A stretch of 64,000 nucleotides of DNA from Schizochytrium sp. TIO01 (Eukaryota > Protista > Bigyra: Labyrinthulomycetes). Location: positions 2,952,747 to 3,016,746 of the forward strand of contig SMSO01000037.1 in NCBI GenBank assembly GCA_004764695.1, read 5' to 3'. Every line of letters starts with the position of its first letter. The stretch's first letter is position 1. Below the pieces are notes generated by a model. The model was given only the letters and a program-made list of their open reading frames with translations. It did no database searches and had not been told where the DNA came from. Below are positions 47,001 to 58,138 of the stretch, in pieces. A program made the position numbers and the translations under genes.

Positions 47001-47996
47001 CCTTCATTACAATAATCAACAGAATGAAATTCTTGGGGCCCAACAGTTTCATTGTTGTCTAAATCCGCGGTCTCTATCTCTTTGTGTCATGATCTACAGT
47101 TTTTGTCGGGGAGTGCGCCATGTCAGTGGCGAAAAGTTATTTTTCAGGCAGGCGCCATAGGTACCTAGAGTACACCACTCACTAAGTACTCCAAACCTCG
47201 AGCGACCTTTGTAAGGGTCATATGACCTCTGTAAAGGCTGCGTCCCTTGAACGGGGCGGTAACTATCCTATGCGTGATAATCTTGTCATAGCTATTTGTT
47301 GCACTTGTTCGTGAAGGAATAAGTGAATTATAGGGTTTTAACTTCATTTAAAGTTCTGTTTTGTTCTATTTATGGCGCACGATCTCTCTTTCAGTCTCTT
47401 TCAAGTCCTTTTGCCTTTCGCTTCGGCTGCCAAACCCGAGCAGAGTTCACTAAGCTCCTGAGCCGCGTTCTGCGCTCCAGGCCAGCTTGGAGGGTGCGGC
47501 AAAGCATCTGGTTTGCGGGAGCTCGACTTGGTTGGCCGTCGCAAAGCCCGGACTTAGTTTGAGGGAAGGAGAAACACGTTGGAGAAGGTCACTCCAGCTA
47601 AGCGGACTTTTGCACGAAGGGCATCCGCCACTTTGCTTTGCTTTCTTGCCTTTGTTCTTTGCAATCTAAAGCACTTTTAGGCGATCTGAGTAGACGAGAA
47701 TCAGCGAGAGGAGATACTCTGGGAAGCAGTGCATATTATCTACGTGGGCGCTCGTGAAGATCCATAACATTCTTATAAATATATTTGCGTACTAAAAGTA
47801 GCGAAGTCCGCCGACCGCTGCCAGTTCAGGACCACCGACGTCGTGGGGATCTTGGAGGACCTGTGAAGAATACGTGCAATTCGGTATTCTCCAGGTGCTT
47901 TGCCAAGAGATAAATCAACAAATTGCAGTGTTTGAATTTTCGTGATCTTTAGAATCTTCAAATATAGTTTCGTTGTAATAGTTTGCTACAAAGAGA

Positions 47997-48602
47997 ATGT
48001 TGGAATTCGACTATGAGGAAGATGCAGACCGCGTTACAGAAAATAACAGCTTGTCAACGCTGCTTGACATGACACCTTCAGGCTTGTTTCCAGGCGGCAC
48101 TAAAATCTTCCCGTCAAAGTTTCACATTCAAGCACGCACATGGAAGCTCCTTGCTGTAGCGGCGGTGTACAACCTTATTTCTCTTCTCGTCGTTATCTTC
48201 GCTAGCAATGGTTCCAGCACGAGTAGCAAAACTGCGACGGCTTTTCTTATTCTTATGGTCATCATTGATGGAATTCTGGTGTTTGTAGTGTGGCGCTGGA
48301 ACACAGTGGACTTTCGTATGTACGAAGAGATGGTAGACAGGGGACTTTGGTTAGAAGGTGTCTTTGTGTTTTCAACAGGCGATGTTGTCGTGCGATTCAA
48401 TGATGTATTCCGCAAAGTAGAGATGGAATTTGATAGTGGCACTGTCTCCGAGGCCATTGCACGAGATAACATTCTAATCATTGTGTACACTGACTTGAGT
48501 GGGCGCAAGCAGGAGTACAAGGTAGAGTGCGACAGGTTGATGCACACTGCATCGGAAATTGCCCAGTGCATTAATGCCAGAGATGGCCAACACTATGTGT
48601 GA
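47997..48602 (+). CDS. Hypothetical membrane protein, 2 TM helices plus beta-rich C-terminal domain (201 aa)
   Basis: Clean ATG-TGA ORF between AT-rich flanks; hydrophobic segments LLAVAAVYNLISLLVVIFA and TAFLILMVIIDGILVFVVW. Confidence 0.75.
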   Translation: MLEFDYEEDADRVTENNSLSTLLDMTPSGLFPGGTKIFPSKFHIQARTWKLLAVAAVYNLISLLVVIFASNGSSTSSKTATAFLILMVIIDGILVFVVWRWNTVDFRMYEEMVDRGLWLEGVFVFSTGDVVVRFNDVFRKVEMEFDSGTVSEAIARDNILIIVYTDLSGRKQEYKVECDRLMHTASEIAQCINARDGQHYV

Positions 48603-50004
48603 ACTAGACCCCATTTTCCCATAAGGACCGATTCCTTCTCAATTTTTCTCCTCTCTTCTCTTAATTCTATAATAATACATTTTGCAATACATAAGCATAG
48701 CTCCTGGAGCAGTTTGACCAACACAGTTCATAAGGGAATCTGCATGACATCATATAAAAACAAGTTCGCATATCGTGAACTTGACTACTTGTTTAGTAAT
48801 TTTCTTAGCAGATGATTCTTTAATTCATCCACTCTTCAATGAAGAAAATTGAATCAGTAATCAATAGGTAAATCAAATAGTTCGAAATGGCCACGATACA
48901 GACAAGTCGAGGCAGAAGGGGGGTAGCGTGAAATTTCTATTGAACCAAAGGAAGAACGCATTATGGGTTAAATAACTTTAGTAGTGAGATATTTCATCCC
49001 TGTATCTTTATACAGTGATGCAGTTCACCTCGTGTTTCTTATACCTTTTTCATACTGAATGAGTGAAAATACGTGATGTTTGGAACAATAGAAATGGGCA
49101 ATGCACAAAATTGTTAAAAAAATAATTGTAAGATGAACACCCATTCTATAGGATGTCGATCTTGTTTCGAATTGTGTTCGTGTTGCTCCAGGATGAGATC
49201 ACTTGTGATACAGCCGGTAGGATGAGGACGATTCAAAGGTGCGAAGAAAGAGATACCTAAAAAGAAGTACAAGCTTCTTCTCCGTAACTCACATTGACTC
49301 AGTCCAAACCGGATTGTCGGGTCCACACTTTTCATTCATTCATGCGAGAGTATTATTATTGTGCAAAAGAGGGGAAAAGGAATAAGCACCGTCACATTTG
49401 TAAAATGAGGCAGTGTGAGAAAGACAGAGACAGAGAGAGCGAGTGAAAACATCTCTCGTTGTTGTTTGTACTATGTACTATCGAGAGGAGCCTCCTTTGA
49501 CACAAAGATTGCGACAAAAGTCGGCCTGAGAAAGATAGCTAAGAGAGCCCAAGTAGATGAAAGTCAGGTAGTGATTGAAGAAAGAAAAAAGCCATTGGAT
49601 GACACAATAGACAGACTAGGGGCAACAAAAAACAACAAAAGCTATTGTCTCTGGGGCGAGTGTGGAGGCAGAGGAGAAGAGAAGGAGGTTTGTGTGCGAG
49701 CGAAGCCCTCCCCTTGGTCAAAGAAGGCAGCGCGTGTAGTGAGTTTTTCTCATTTGACATAGTACAAGGTCCCCCCCAGCTTATGGCTAGCAACTGCAGA
49801 GAAATGAGCATGTCATGCAGCGTCTGGGCTGAAAGAGACAGCAAGAGACCGTGTACTCGTAGTAGAGATTTTCAGAGGATAAAAGATTTTCACAGCATGC
49901 ATGACGTAGAATGAGTAATCAGATATGCTCAACTATAGCAGCGGGAAAGCGAATAGAGTAATGATGGTCGATTGCACTGCAGAGTAATACTTTCGATTGT
50001 ATAT

Positions 50005-52956
50005 TTACTCGTGCTCGGCGCCAGAGCGCCTGCGCTCGTGCTTGAGGTTCTCAAGGAACTCCTCAAGCTCCTTGATGCTAATGACACCATCCCTGTCCTT
50101 GTCAATGCGGGAAATGAGCTCGCTGAGCTTCTCTTCAGAAAAGCTGCTGTCGTGGTTCTTGCGGAGAACGTCGCCAAGTGCCTTGCGGATTTCCCAGCTG
50201 CTAATTTTTCCGTCACGGTCAAGATCAAGAACAGAGAGCTTGTCTCCGATGCGCTCGCCAGTCTCTTCGACATCGACCTCAAGTCGCTCAAGCATGCTGC
50301 GGAGCTTGTTCTTCAGGAGGGAACGCGCCCGCTTCTCAGGCTTGGCGCTCTCACCAGCGACTCCAACACCGGATTCATTCTCCACAATACGACCCGTGTA
50401 GACTGCCTTAGCAGCCTCCATTTCCTCCTGCTTCTCAAGAATCTCCTCCAAGGTGTTGCGCTCCTCTTCCACGGGGGAGTCCGCAGCAAGGACCTTGATG
50501 GACTCCAGAGTACTCTCGAACACCTTGCGTGCCTCTTCCTCCATGACGGCATCTGTGGCGTCCTTGCGAATGCTGTTCTCATCGTCAGAGGTTGCAGAAG
50601 GTGCGGCTTCACCGGCAGCAGGTGCAGCCTTCTTATCCTGGGTGCTGGCGGCAGCAGCGGACACGGCAGCCTTGTCAGCCCGGCGAGAGAGCTCGGCTGC
50701 CTTGAGGGTCGCTGCCTTGCTGTCCTCGACGCCATCCTCCACATGAATAGGCTTGGCAAGACGGTCTTCATCCGGAGCGAGTTCTCCGGATCCCACAGCC
50801 TTGGATGCAGCGTCCTGCTTGCGGAGCGCCTCAAGAGCAGAGGCGGCAGCTTCTTCCGGTGTTGCGATTTCGTCACGGGTAGCTGCGTTGGCGGCCGCGT
50901 TAGCGACGCTCTCAAGCTTGGCGTGATCGAGTTCTGCCTGAAGCTCTTCCTCAGCCTTCTTGCGGAGTTGTTCAATAAAGGCCTGTTTGCGGGACTTCTC
51001 CTTAATTTCCATTTCGATGAGATCGTTCTGGGCCTGGATGGCCTCAAGCTTGAGGCGCGAGATTGTCGCACGGTCCGCTGCGAGCTCCTTGTTCTCAGCA
51101 CCCGCCACGAGAGCCTCCTGGAGCACATCCGAGTCCATCTGACTGATAGCCTCTGAGATGGCAAGCTCGATCTGCGACTCGTTGGTCTGCTCAAGCGTGA
51201 AGGCGCGGGAAAGGATGAGCAATGAGAGCGGTACGTTCTTGTTCACACTAAGTTCGATCCAACGCTTAAGCTGCATACGAAGCTGGTGCATGGTGAGTCC
51301 CGTGGCACGCATTCCGCGATCCTCACAAGCAGCCTTAAGCTCGAGGAGGTTAAGAGAGTCAACACCTTCGAAGAAGATGGTGGCATCATCGTCGCGGAGG
51401 GAGTTAATCTTGGAGCGAAGCTGGAAACGAAGGAAGTTATCACCACCATAGGGCGGGAGACCCATGTAGCGGCAGAGGGAGACCAGCTGGGAGCGGGACA
51501 TATTGTCGGTGGTAAGTTCGTCAGAGAAGAGCTTAGCCACCTTGAGAACGGTGGCTTCGTCAATGTCGCGGCCCATGCGCACACGCTCCATAAAGTGTTG
51601 CACATCGTCGACGGAAATGGGGGAGCTACCTTCCTTATCCTTGACGCGGTCCTTGACCTTGTCCTCCATCTCAGCAACCATCTCCTGAAGGAAGCCAGCG
51701 ATCTGCAGACGAAGCTTAAGCTGGCGCTTCATGTTCTCCTCACGCTTGAAAGAGTCCTGGAAGGTCGAGGGGAGCATGTTGGGGAAGATCTTGAGTGCCA
51801 CAGGGAGGAGGAACTCCATGAAGGGGACAAGCACAAAGAAGAGAAAAGGTCCTACACGCGCAAGATCCGCAGTCGTCCGCACGAGCTGTCGGCGTTCTCT
51901 GCGTGTCAGCTGGTGTCCATTCAGCCTCTTGGTGAGGAGATTCCAGGAGGTCTTGACCTCCACTCCCAGAAGCTTGAATCCCATCCACGTGTGGTGCGCC
52001 ATGTCCTTGGCTGCCTGCCATCCGTCGGCTCCCCACTTTTTGACAATCATTGGGTTCTTGATAAAAGTCAGGGTGATTTCGCCAGTCTTGCGCATGACCT
52101 TCTTCGTCGTATCTAGGGCTGACTGCAGCTTCGACTTCTCCTCACCTTCGTCGCTGCTAGACTTTCCACCATCCGTTGGTGTCGGCCTCACGCGCTGGCC
52201 CTTGGCCGCCGCTTTCTTGGCCTCCATTGCTGCAGATCCCGGTTCTGCGCCGGTCTTGCTGCCCAACTTTGACGTTTTGGCGGCTTGTGCGTCAACCTTG
52301 CCAAGATCGTTCTTAAAGCCTTCTTTGGTTTGGTCACGAAGAGTGCGCGAGCTCATGCTCGGCTGCAGGCCGATGGACTTAACCAGGGATTCCTGAACAG
52401 AGTCCTTGCGGCGCTGGGCCTGCTCCACGTCCAGACGGGCCTCCTTGAGTGCTTCCAGAGCGCTCGCAAGGTCTTCTGTCGCGGCGGATGGGGATGAGCT
52501 CGAAGCTGAGGATGGGGAGGTTGAGGAACGACGGTCAGATCCCTCGCGGGCATCACTAAGAAGAACAGAGGACACACGCAAACCACGGGAAGCCTCGAGA
52601 CGCCATGCAGGAGCCGGGATGGCAGATATGCGACTCCATGGCAGCGACGTAGAAGCAAAGGCGGCTGCTGAGGAGGTGCGTGAGGAAGCAAGAGAAGAGG
52701 TGGAGAAGTATCTCGGTGCAGTGCGGAGACCTGCAGCGGCAGACGCTGCTGTGGACGCCGAGCGAGCGAGGGGAGTTGCTCCTGCTGCTGCTGTAGCTGC
52801 TACTGATGAACATGAAGATGCCAAGATTGACGCCGAGGTGGGAGATCCCACGGAAGGTCGACTGGCGGCGGCATGTGCTGCTGAAAGCAGACCATGGCTA
52901 GGCGCCGCACGCCTACTGCTGGGGCCCAAGCTGGGCGCGAGAGCCGCCGCGCGCAT
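50005..52956 (-). CDS. LETM1: Mitochondrial LETM1/Mdm38 family cation/H+ antiporter with two EF-hands (983 aa)
   Basis: HTWMGFKLL..GHQLTRRERRQLVRTTADLARVGPFLFFVLVPFMEFLLPVALKIFPNMLPSTF; ELKAACEDRGM; EF-hands DLDRDGKISSWE and DKDRDGVISIKE; Ala/Ser/Arg presequence. Confidence 0.95.
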   Translation of the reverse strand: MRAAALAPSLGPSSRRAAPSHGLLSAAHAAASRPSVGSPTSASILASSCSSVAATAAAGATPLARSASTAASAAAGLRTAPRYFSTSSLASSRTSSAAAFASTSLPWSRISAIPAPAWRLEASRGLRVSSVLLSDAREGSDRRSSTSPSSASSSSPSAATEDLASALEALKEARLDVEQAQRRKDSVQESLVKSIGLQPSMSSRTLRDQTKEGFKNDLGKVDAQAAKTSKLGSKTGAEPGSAAMEAKKAAAKGQRVRPTPTDGGKSSSDEGEEKSKLQSALDTTKKVMRKTGEITLTFIKNPMIVKKWGADGWQAAKDMAHHTWMGFKLLGVEVKTSWNLLTKRLNGHQLTRRERRQLVRTTADLARVGPFLFFVLVPFMEFLLPVALKIFPNMLPSTFQDSFKREENMKRQLKLRLQIAGFLQEMVAEMEDKVKDRVKDKEGSSPISVDDVQHFMERVRMGRDIDEATVLKVAKLFSDELTTDNMSRSQLVSLCRYMGLPPYGGDNFLRFQLRSKINSLRDDDATIFFEGVDSLNLLELKAACEDRGMRATGLTMHQLRMQLKRWIELSVNKNVPLSLLILSRAFTLEQTNESQIELAISEAISQMDSDVLQEALVAGAENKELAADRATISRLKLEAIQAQNDLIEMEIKEKSRKQAFIEQLRKKAEEELQAELDHAKLESVANAAANAATRDEIATPEEAAASALEALRKQDAASKAVGSGELAPDEDRLAKPIHVEDGVEDSKAATLKAAELSRRADKAAVSAAAASTQDKKAAPAAGEAAPSATSDDENSIRKDATDAVMEEEARKVFESTLESIKVLAADSPVEEERNTLEEILEKQEEMEAAKAVYTGRIVENESGVGVAGESAKPEKRARSLLKNKLRSMLERLEVDVEETGERIGDKLSVLDLDRDGKISSWEIRKALGDVLRKNHDSSFSEEKLSELISRIDKDRDGVISIKELEEFLENLKHERRRSGAEHE

Positions 52957-53142
52957 GCTCTTGCTCGCTCGGGTGGATTCTCGTTTGTCTGAGGATGATG
53001 CTGTTCGACTCAGTCAGTGTTGGAGCGAATGAATGTAAATAAATAGTAATTACTAGTCTACATATTGTTGAATTGAAAAGAAGACAACTTTGAAAAGAAA
53101 AGAGAAAAAGGTATTTATTTATTTAATCAATCACTTTTGTTG

Positions 53143-53175
53143 TCTTCTTCTTCTTCTTCTTCTTCTTCTTCTTCT
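53143..53175. repeat. (TCT)n microsatellite
   Basis: Direct repeat upstream of LETM1. Confidence 0.9.
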
Positions 53176-53577
53176 TTTGTCAGAGAAAAACAAAGAAAAA
53201 CTACTTTACTTTATTTCTCATCATCACACACAGATTGATGGATAGATAGATATCCATCATTCAGGAATAATGTACATGGATAGGTGACAAAAGTATGTCT
53301 TTCTTTCGCGCGTCTTGGTTGAGAGAGTGAGAACAGCAGCACTTACTATGCATGCATGGCCTCTTTCCTTCAAAGTTCTCTTCGGAGAGGAGGCTTAGAT
53401 TGGCGAATGGATCATTGATTGTACAAATGATCCTTGAACTTTGTATTTGTTGATTGTATACAATGCCTTCTTTTTAGAAAAGAACAGAAAAGAAAGAAGT
53501 CCTGCGGCTACTTACTTATACATGTATTCGTTGTGTGTTTTTCAAAGTTGTTCCTACTATTTCCAAGACAGGTGAAT

Positions 53578-53578
<1 letters not shown>

Positions 53579-53616
<38 letters not shown>
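53579..53616. repeat. (GA)n microsatellite
   Basis: Direct repeat. Confidence 0.9.
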
Positions 53617-53619
<3 letters not shown>

Positions 53620-53926
53620 TTATTTATGAAATACTAAAGTTTACTCAGGAAAGGAACAAAGAGGAGAAAGAAGTTCCAAGGATATAGTATCGAACCTTTT
53701 TTAAAGCTTCGTCAAAATAATGAATGTTGTTCTTACAAGACATCATTTTGGTCAAGAGAACACTGGATATGTTATCTTAGCATAACATTGCAGCTTCAAA
53801 GGAAGGAAGGAAGGAAGGAATGAAAGAAAGAAAGAACAGTTGAAAATATTCTATCGCGAGTGTTCTTATTAGCTTGCTTAGCTTTTGCGAATAAACACGA
53901 AACATAAATCAGCTCTGCACGAGTCC

Positions 53927-53978
53927 ATCATCACCATCACCATCACCATCACCATCACCATCACCATCACCATCATCA
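53927..53978. repeat. (CATCAC)n hexanucleotide repeat
   Basis: Direct repeat. Confidence 0.9.
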
Positions 53979-56900
53979 TTGATACCCTAATGATACGTCC
54001 TTCGAGGTCCTTTTCGCGCCACAGTTCGATTGGCAATCCAACTATTGCGCTCGATCTGGTCTGATTTGATGCGGTGCCTCTCACATTCGTTCATTTCTCA
54101 AGGTCGCTTTGAGATCGCAGACCCCGACATTTTCATGAGAAAGAGAAGCCATCGCGATTGCAGAGAAAGCTGTGTCTTCTGCTGCAGGTAGAGCAGCTGA
54201 ATTTGAGCTTGGAGCTCAGTTCTTGGATCAGGTGGCGGCCTCACGCCTCCGCAGAGCCTGCTCGGGTTCGATGAAAGCAATAGGCGCAGGAAAATAAATC
54301 CTTGCGTCTCCAGCGCCTTTGATTGCGCTAACCTCTTTTTCTCTCTTTCTTCATTTCTTCACAGTAAATGAATGAATGACGCGAGAAAAACAACCATAAA
54401 ACACTGTATTGATTGAGAGAAAGAAAGAAAGTGAATGAATGAATTGTTTTCTTCTGTCCTCTCTGTCTATCACAGTGTTCTTAGTCTCCGCTCGAACTGT
54501 TCTGCAGAACGGAGTTCATTCATTCCAGAAGTAATGCGATGCGGTCAAACAAAACACTCAAGTTAGTTTTGCTTTCTTCTTCTTCGAGGCCTTTTCGTTG
54601 CTGCCATTGTTCGTGTTATTGGCGTGAACGAACACCCAAAGAGTGAGAGAGTGACTTACGATCTATGGTGATCAGGCTGTTTCCGCCTTTGGGTCATCAG
54701 AAGAAGAGTCTGTCTGCCAGTCAGTGAGAGGGTTTATAAATAAATAAATGAAAATTAATCTATTGTTCTATTGCATATTTTATAGCATGAATGTTCTTCA
54801 CAGGGAAACGCCAGAACAAACAAACAAACAGGGAAAAGAACAGCGGAGTGGAACGCCAGGTGGAACAGTAGAGGGAAACTTCAACCTGATCATGATTCTC
54901 ATTTCTTCTTTTGCATTTGTTGATGGTCGCCCTAAGGGCAAGTTTGCTGAAGGCTTAAGGACAGCCCTCGAGACTTCGTCGATGCTGGTTCTATACGCTT
55001 TGTCTGCAGCCGCGTCCACCTCCTCAGAGGAGTATCACAGATTTCCATCGACAGCTTTTCTGGCATTACATCTGCGCCTTAGTGATTGGTGTATTTTTCA
55101 TTTTTCTCCATTTACTTTCATAGAACTTTTTTTTTTTTTTTTTTTAACTAGTAAAAATCCTATTTTAAAAAGTACTACTTAAAAATCAATAAAAATCATG
55201 CCATTGAAAATTAATTTAAATGAAGCAATAGAAAAAGAACGCTAAGAATCCAGGACAGGATGTACTTTAGGTATAGCTAGTCTAGTCTTTGAGTCTTTGT
55301 TTGAGAACGAATTGCTCAGCTTTGCAAGTTTCGTGTTTTGGGTTGATTTGTCTCTCCAAAGTTTTGAAGAAGACAAGAAAGCAAAGCTCGCAGTAGGTAT
55401 TTCTTGCGCCTTTCTGGTTCTTGGAGCCGCCTTCTTTGCAGAAGCCAAGCGCCGACGAATGAGAACGATCGAAAGAAGGAAGCGTAGCACTCCTAGCTGC
55501 CTGATTATCCAACGACTAGGCAGCTAGCTAACTCTAGAGAATGAAAGAAACAACTTGAAAGAAACAAAGAAAGAATGTTATATTTTCACTAAAAGTAAGT
55601 CTATTACGGCATTCTTCATCCTTCAAAAGTTTACCAAATAAGACCAAATGAACAAGTAATAAAATACTGGATTGCATTGCATTATATTGCATTGCATTTC
55701 ATTCCATTGCATTCCATTCCATTTCATGGCACCTCATTGCGTTGGGTTCCGTTCCAATGCACTTTGGCTCCTTCATTGTTAATTACGTCTGCCAAGATCT
55801 CTTTGCCTCTCCAGAAGAGTTCTCTGTCGTCGTTTTGAGGTCCTCCTGTCTGAGCAGCGAGGAACTGGAACCCTCCATTTGGATAGATAGTTTGACGCCA
55901 AGGGCGAACTTCAAGAACAATGTAAATTCTTCTCTGCCGCAGAAGCGCTGTTTCTTGCTCTGAACAGAATACTACAAATTGTGCACCGAGATAATATCCT
56001 CCGCGGGGGCCCCGAGGGTGCGCTGCCCAGGATTCCATGCAAGCGCACAAAGTCGGCCTCCCTCCTATTGCTACCAAGGCATAACGATGCTGTGGGTGTT
56101 TCTGTTATAGTTTAGTAACAAAGAACACCACCAGGTGAAACAAAAACCTGTACCCTCTAAGAGGCACGAAAACGAAGAACCGATCTAGAAGAAAGGACAT
56201 TCATCGTCCACAGAAGATGAACTGTAATTCATGAAGGTCAGAACGTGCCTGCTCTGCGTTCTCCGTCAATAGCCCCGTTTTGTAATCACTGTGACATGAG
56301 CCAAATTGCTCTGCGCCAATAACCTATTTTTAGAGCGAATTTCTTTGAAAAGGAATTTCTTTGAAAAGTAAAAAGAAACTCCCTATTAAAAAACGAAGGG
56401 ATTAAAAGAAAGAAGCCGTGAAAAGATGCGGAGGGGGCGTTCCATTCGGCTTTGGTGTTCCGTTCGAAGGGGAGAAAGAACATTTAGACAATAAAGCGAC
56501 GGTCAGGAAGCACAGAAACAACAGGAGACAGCTGCGACTCCTTCAAGAAGTTCGTTCAATAAGTAAGCGCCCAATTCATGAGCAAGGCACCCCTTCAAAC
56601 AAGAGGCCGATGGGATGACCTCTGCGCCGCCGGTGCTTTCCTCTTCTGCCTTTTGCAAAGGCTTCCACGGCACCATCATCTTTTCACGGCGGCGTGTTAG
56701 TTTTGCGTTCTATGTTTCCCTTCTTCCGGCGGTTTTATAAGCAGACGTTTACTTGTAGTTACATATCTAGTCTTTGGAGCTCCTCATGTCCCATATCATT
56801 TGCCTTTACATGAAGGTGCCAGTCGGGGGGCAAGCAGGGGATATTTGCTTCTTTGCAAAAAATACGGGTTTAAATAGGGCTCTGCGACCCGGGAAGGAAA

Positions 56901-57002
56901 GAACAGAACGCAAACTTTTTCGTAATCTTCATTCACAATTATAGAATGACAGAATAACAATACCTTCAAAGTTCTCACTGGTTTCCAGGCTTTGGTAAAG
57001 AG

Positions 57003-57115
<113 letters not shown>

Positions 57116-57629
57116 CCAACAAATATGTAATATGTAAATAATAAAAAATAGGAAAAAAAAGAAAAGAAATAATAATAATAGAAAAGTAAATAAATACATA
57201 AATACATAAAAAAGCTCCGAGGCATCGTGACGCATTCGCGCGGACTGGCCAGGCCTCTGAGGTCTTCGAGGCAATGGCTTGCTTGTCCTGAGCGCAGAGG
57301 GAGACGCAGGACCAGCGCCGGAGGCTCTCTGAGGCTGCTGTTTGTCTCTTGGTTTCTTGGTTTGTTATCCACGGTCTTTCGCGCAAAATCGCCTGCGAAG
57401 CCTTCATTGCTCCAAGCTTTTCGCAGCCTCGATTGCACGCACATACATTATCAGCGCCTCTTTTCTCGCGCTGTTCTTTTCACTAACTAACTAACTAACT
57501 AACTAATTAATTAATTCTTTCTCTCTTTCTCTCTTTCTCTCTTTCTCTCTTTCATTCATTCAGTTTTTTTCTTTTTTCTTCTTCTTTTTTCAACGAGAGG
57601 CCTTCTTTTATTGAACTCGTTACTCTGTG

Positions 57630-57741
57630 TTTGTTTGTTTGTTTGTTTGTTTGTTTGTTTGTTTGTTTGTTTGTTTGTTTGTTTGTTTGTTTGTTTGTTT
57701 GTTTGTTTGTTTGTTTGTTTGTTTGTTTGTTTGTTTGTTTG
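57630..57741. repeat. (TTTG)n microsatellite, ~28 units
   Basis: Direct repeat. Confidence 0.97.
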
Positions 57742-58079
57742 ATCTGTGGAAAGTGAAGATGGCAATCATCGCCAAGTTGTTATCAGAGAGAAGCAAATAC
57801 AAGCAAGAGCAACACTCGAGCCTGAATCATTTCATCGCATTGAGTCTCAAGGGATGAGGGCAAAGCGTACCATGTCGCGGTAAAACTGTTCGCTATTCTG
57901 CGAGAAGCCGATACCTTGTGGATGACTTCCCTGCTCTTTACATCTATCTACCTGCAATGTGGTTGATGCATAGGCAGGCATAGGCGTCTCCTAAGGAATC
58001 CAGAAGGTAGGCGGTGGCTGTAGCAGTAGGTAGTGCAAGCCTAGAGTGCTTTGTTTGTGTGCGATTTGTTGATTAATTG

Positions 58080-58081
<2 letters not shown>

Positions 58082-58135
<54 letters not shown>
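58082..58135. repeat. (TGAT)n microsatellite
   Basis: Direct repeat. Confidence 0.95.

Positions 58136-58138
<3 letters not shown>

Noticed and set aside
49972-52116. 394-aa and 276-aa + strand ORFs opposite LETM1
   Set aside because: Codon-bias shadow ORFs in register with the real gene
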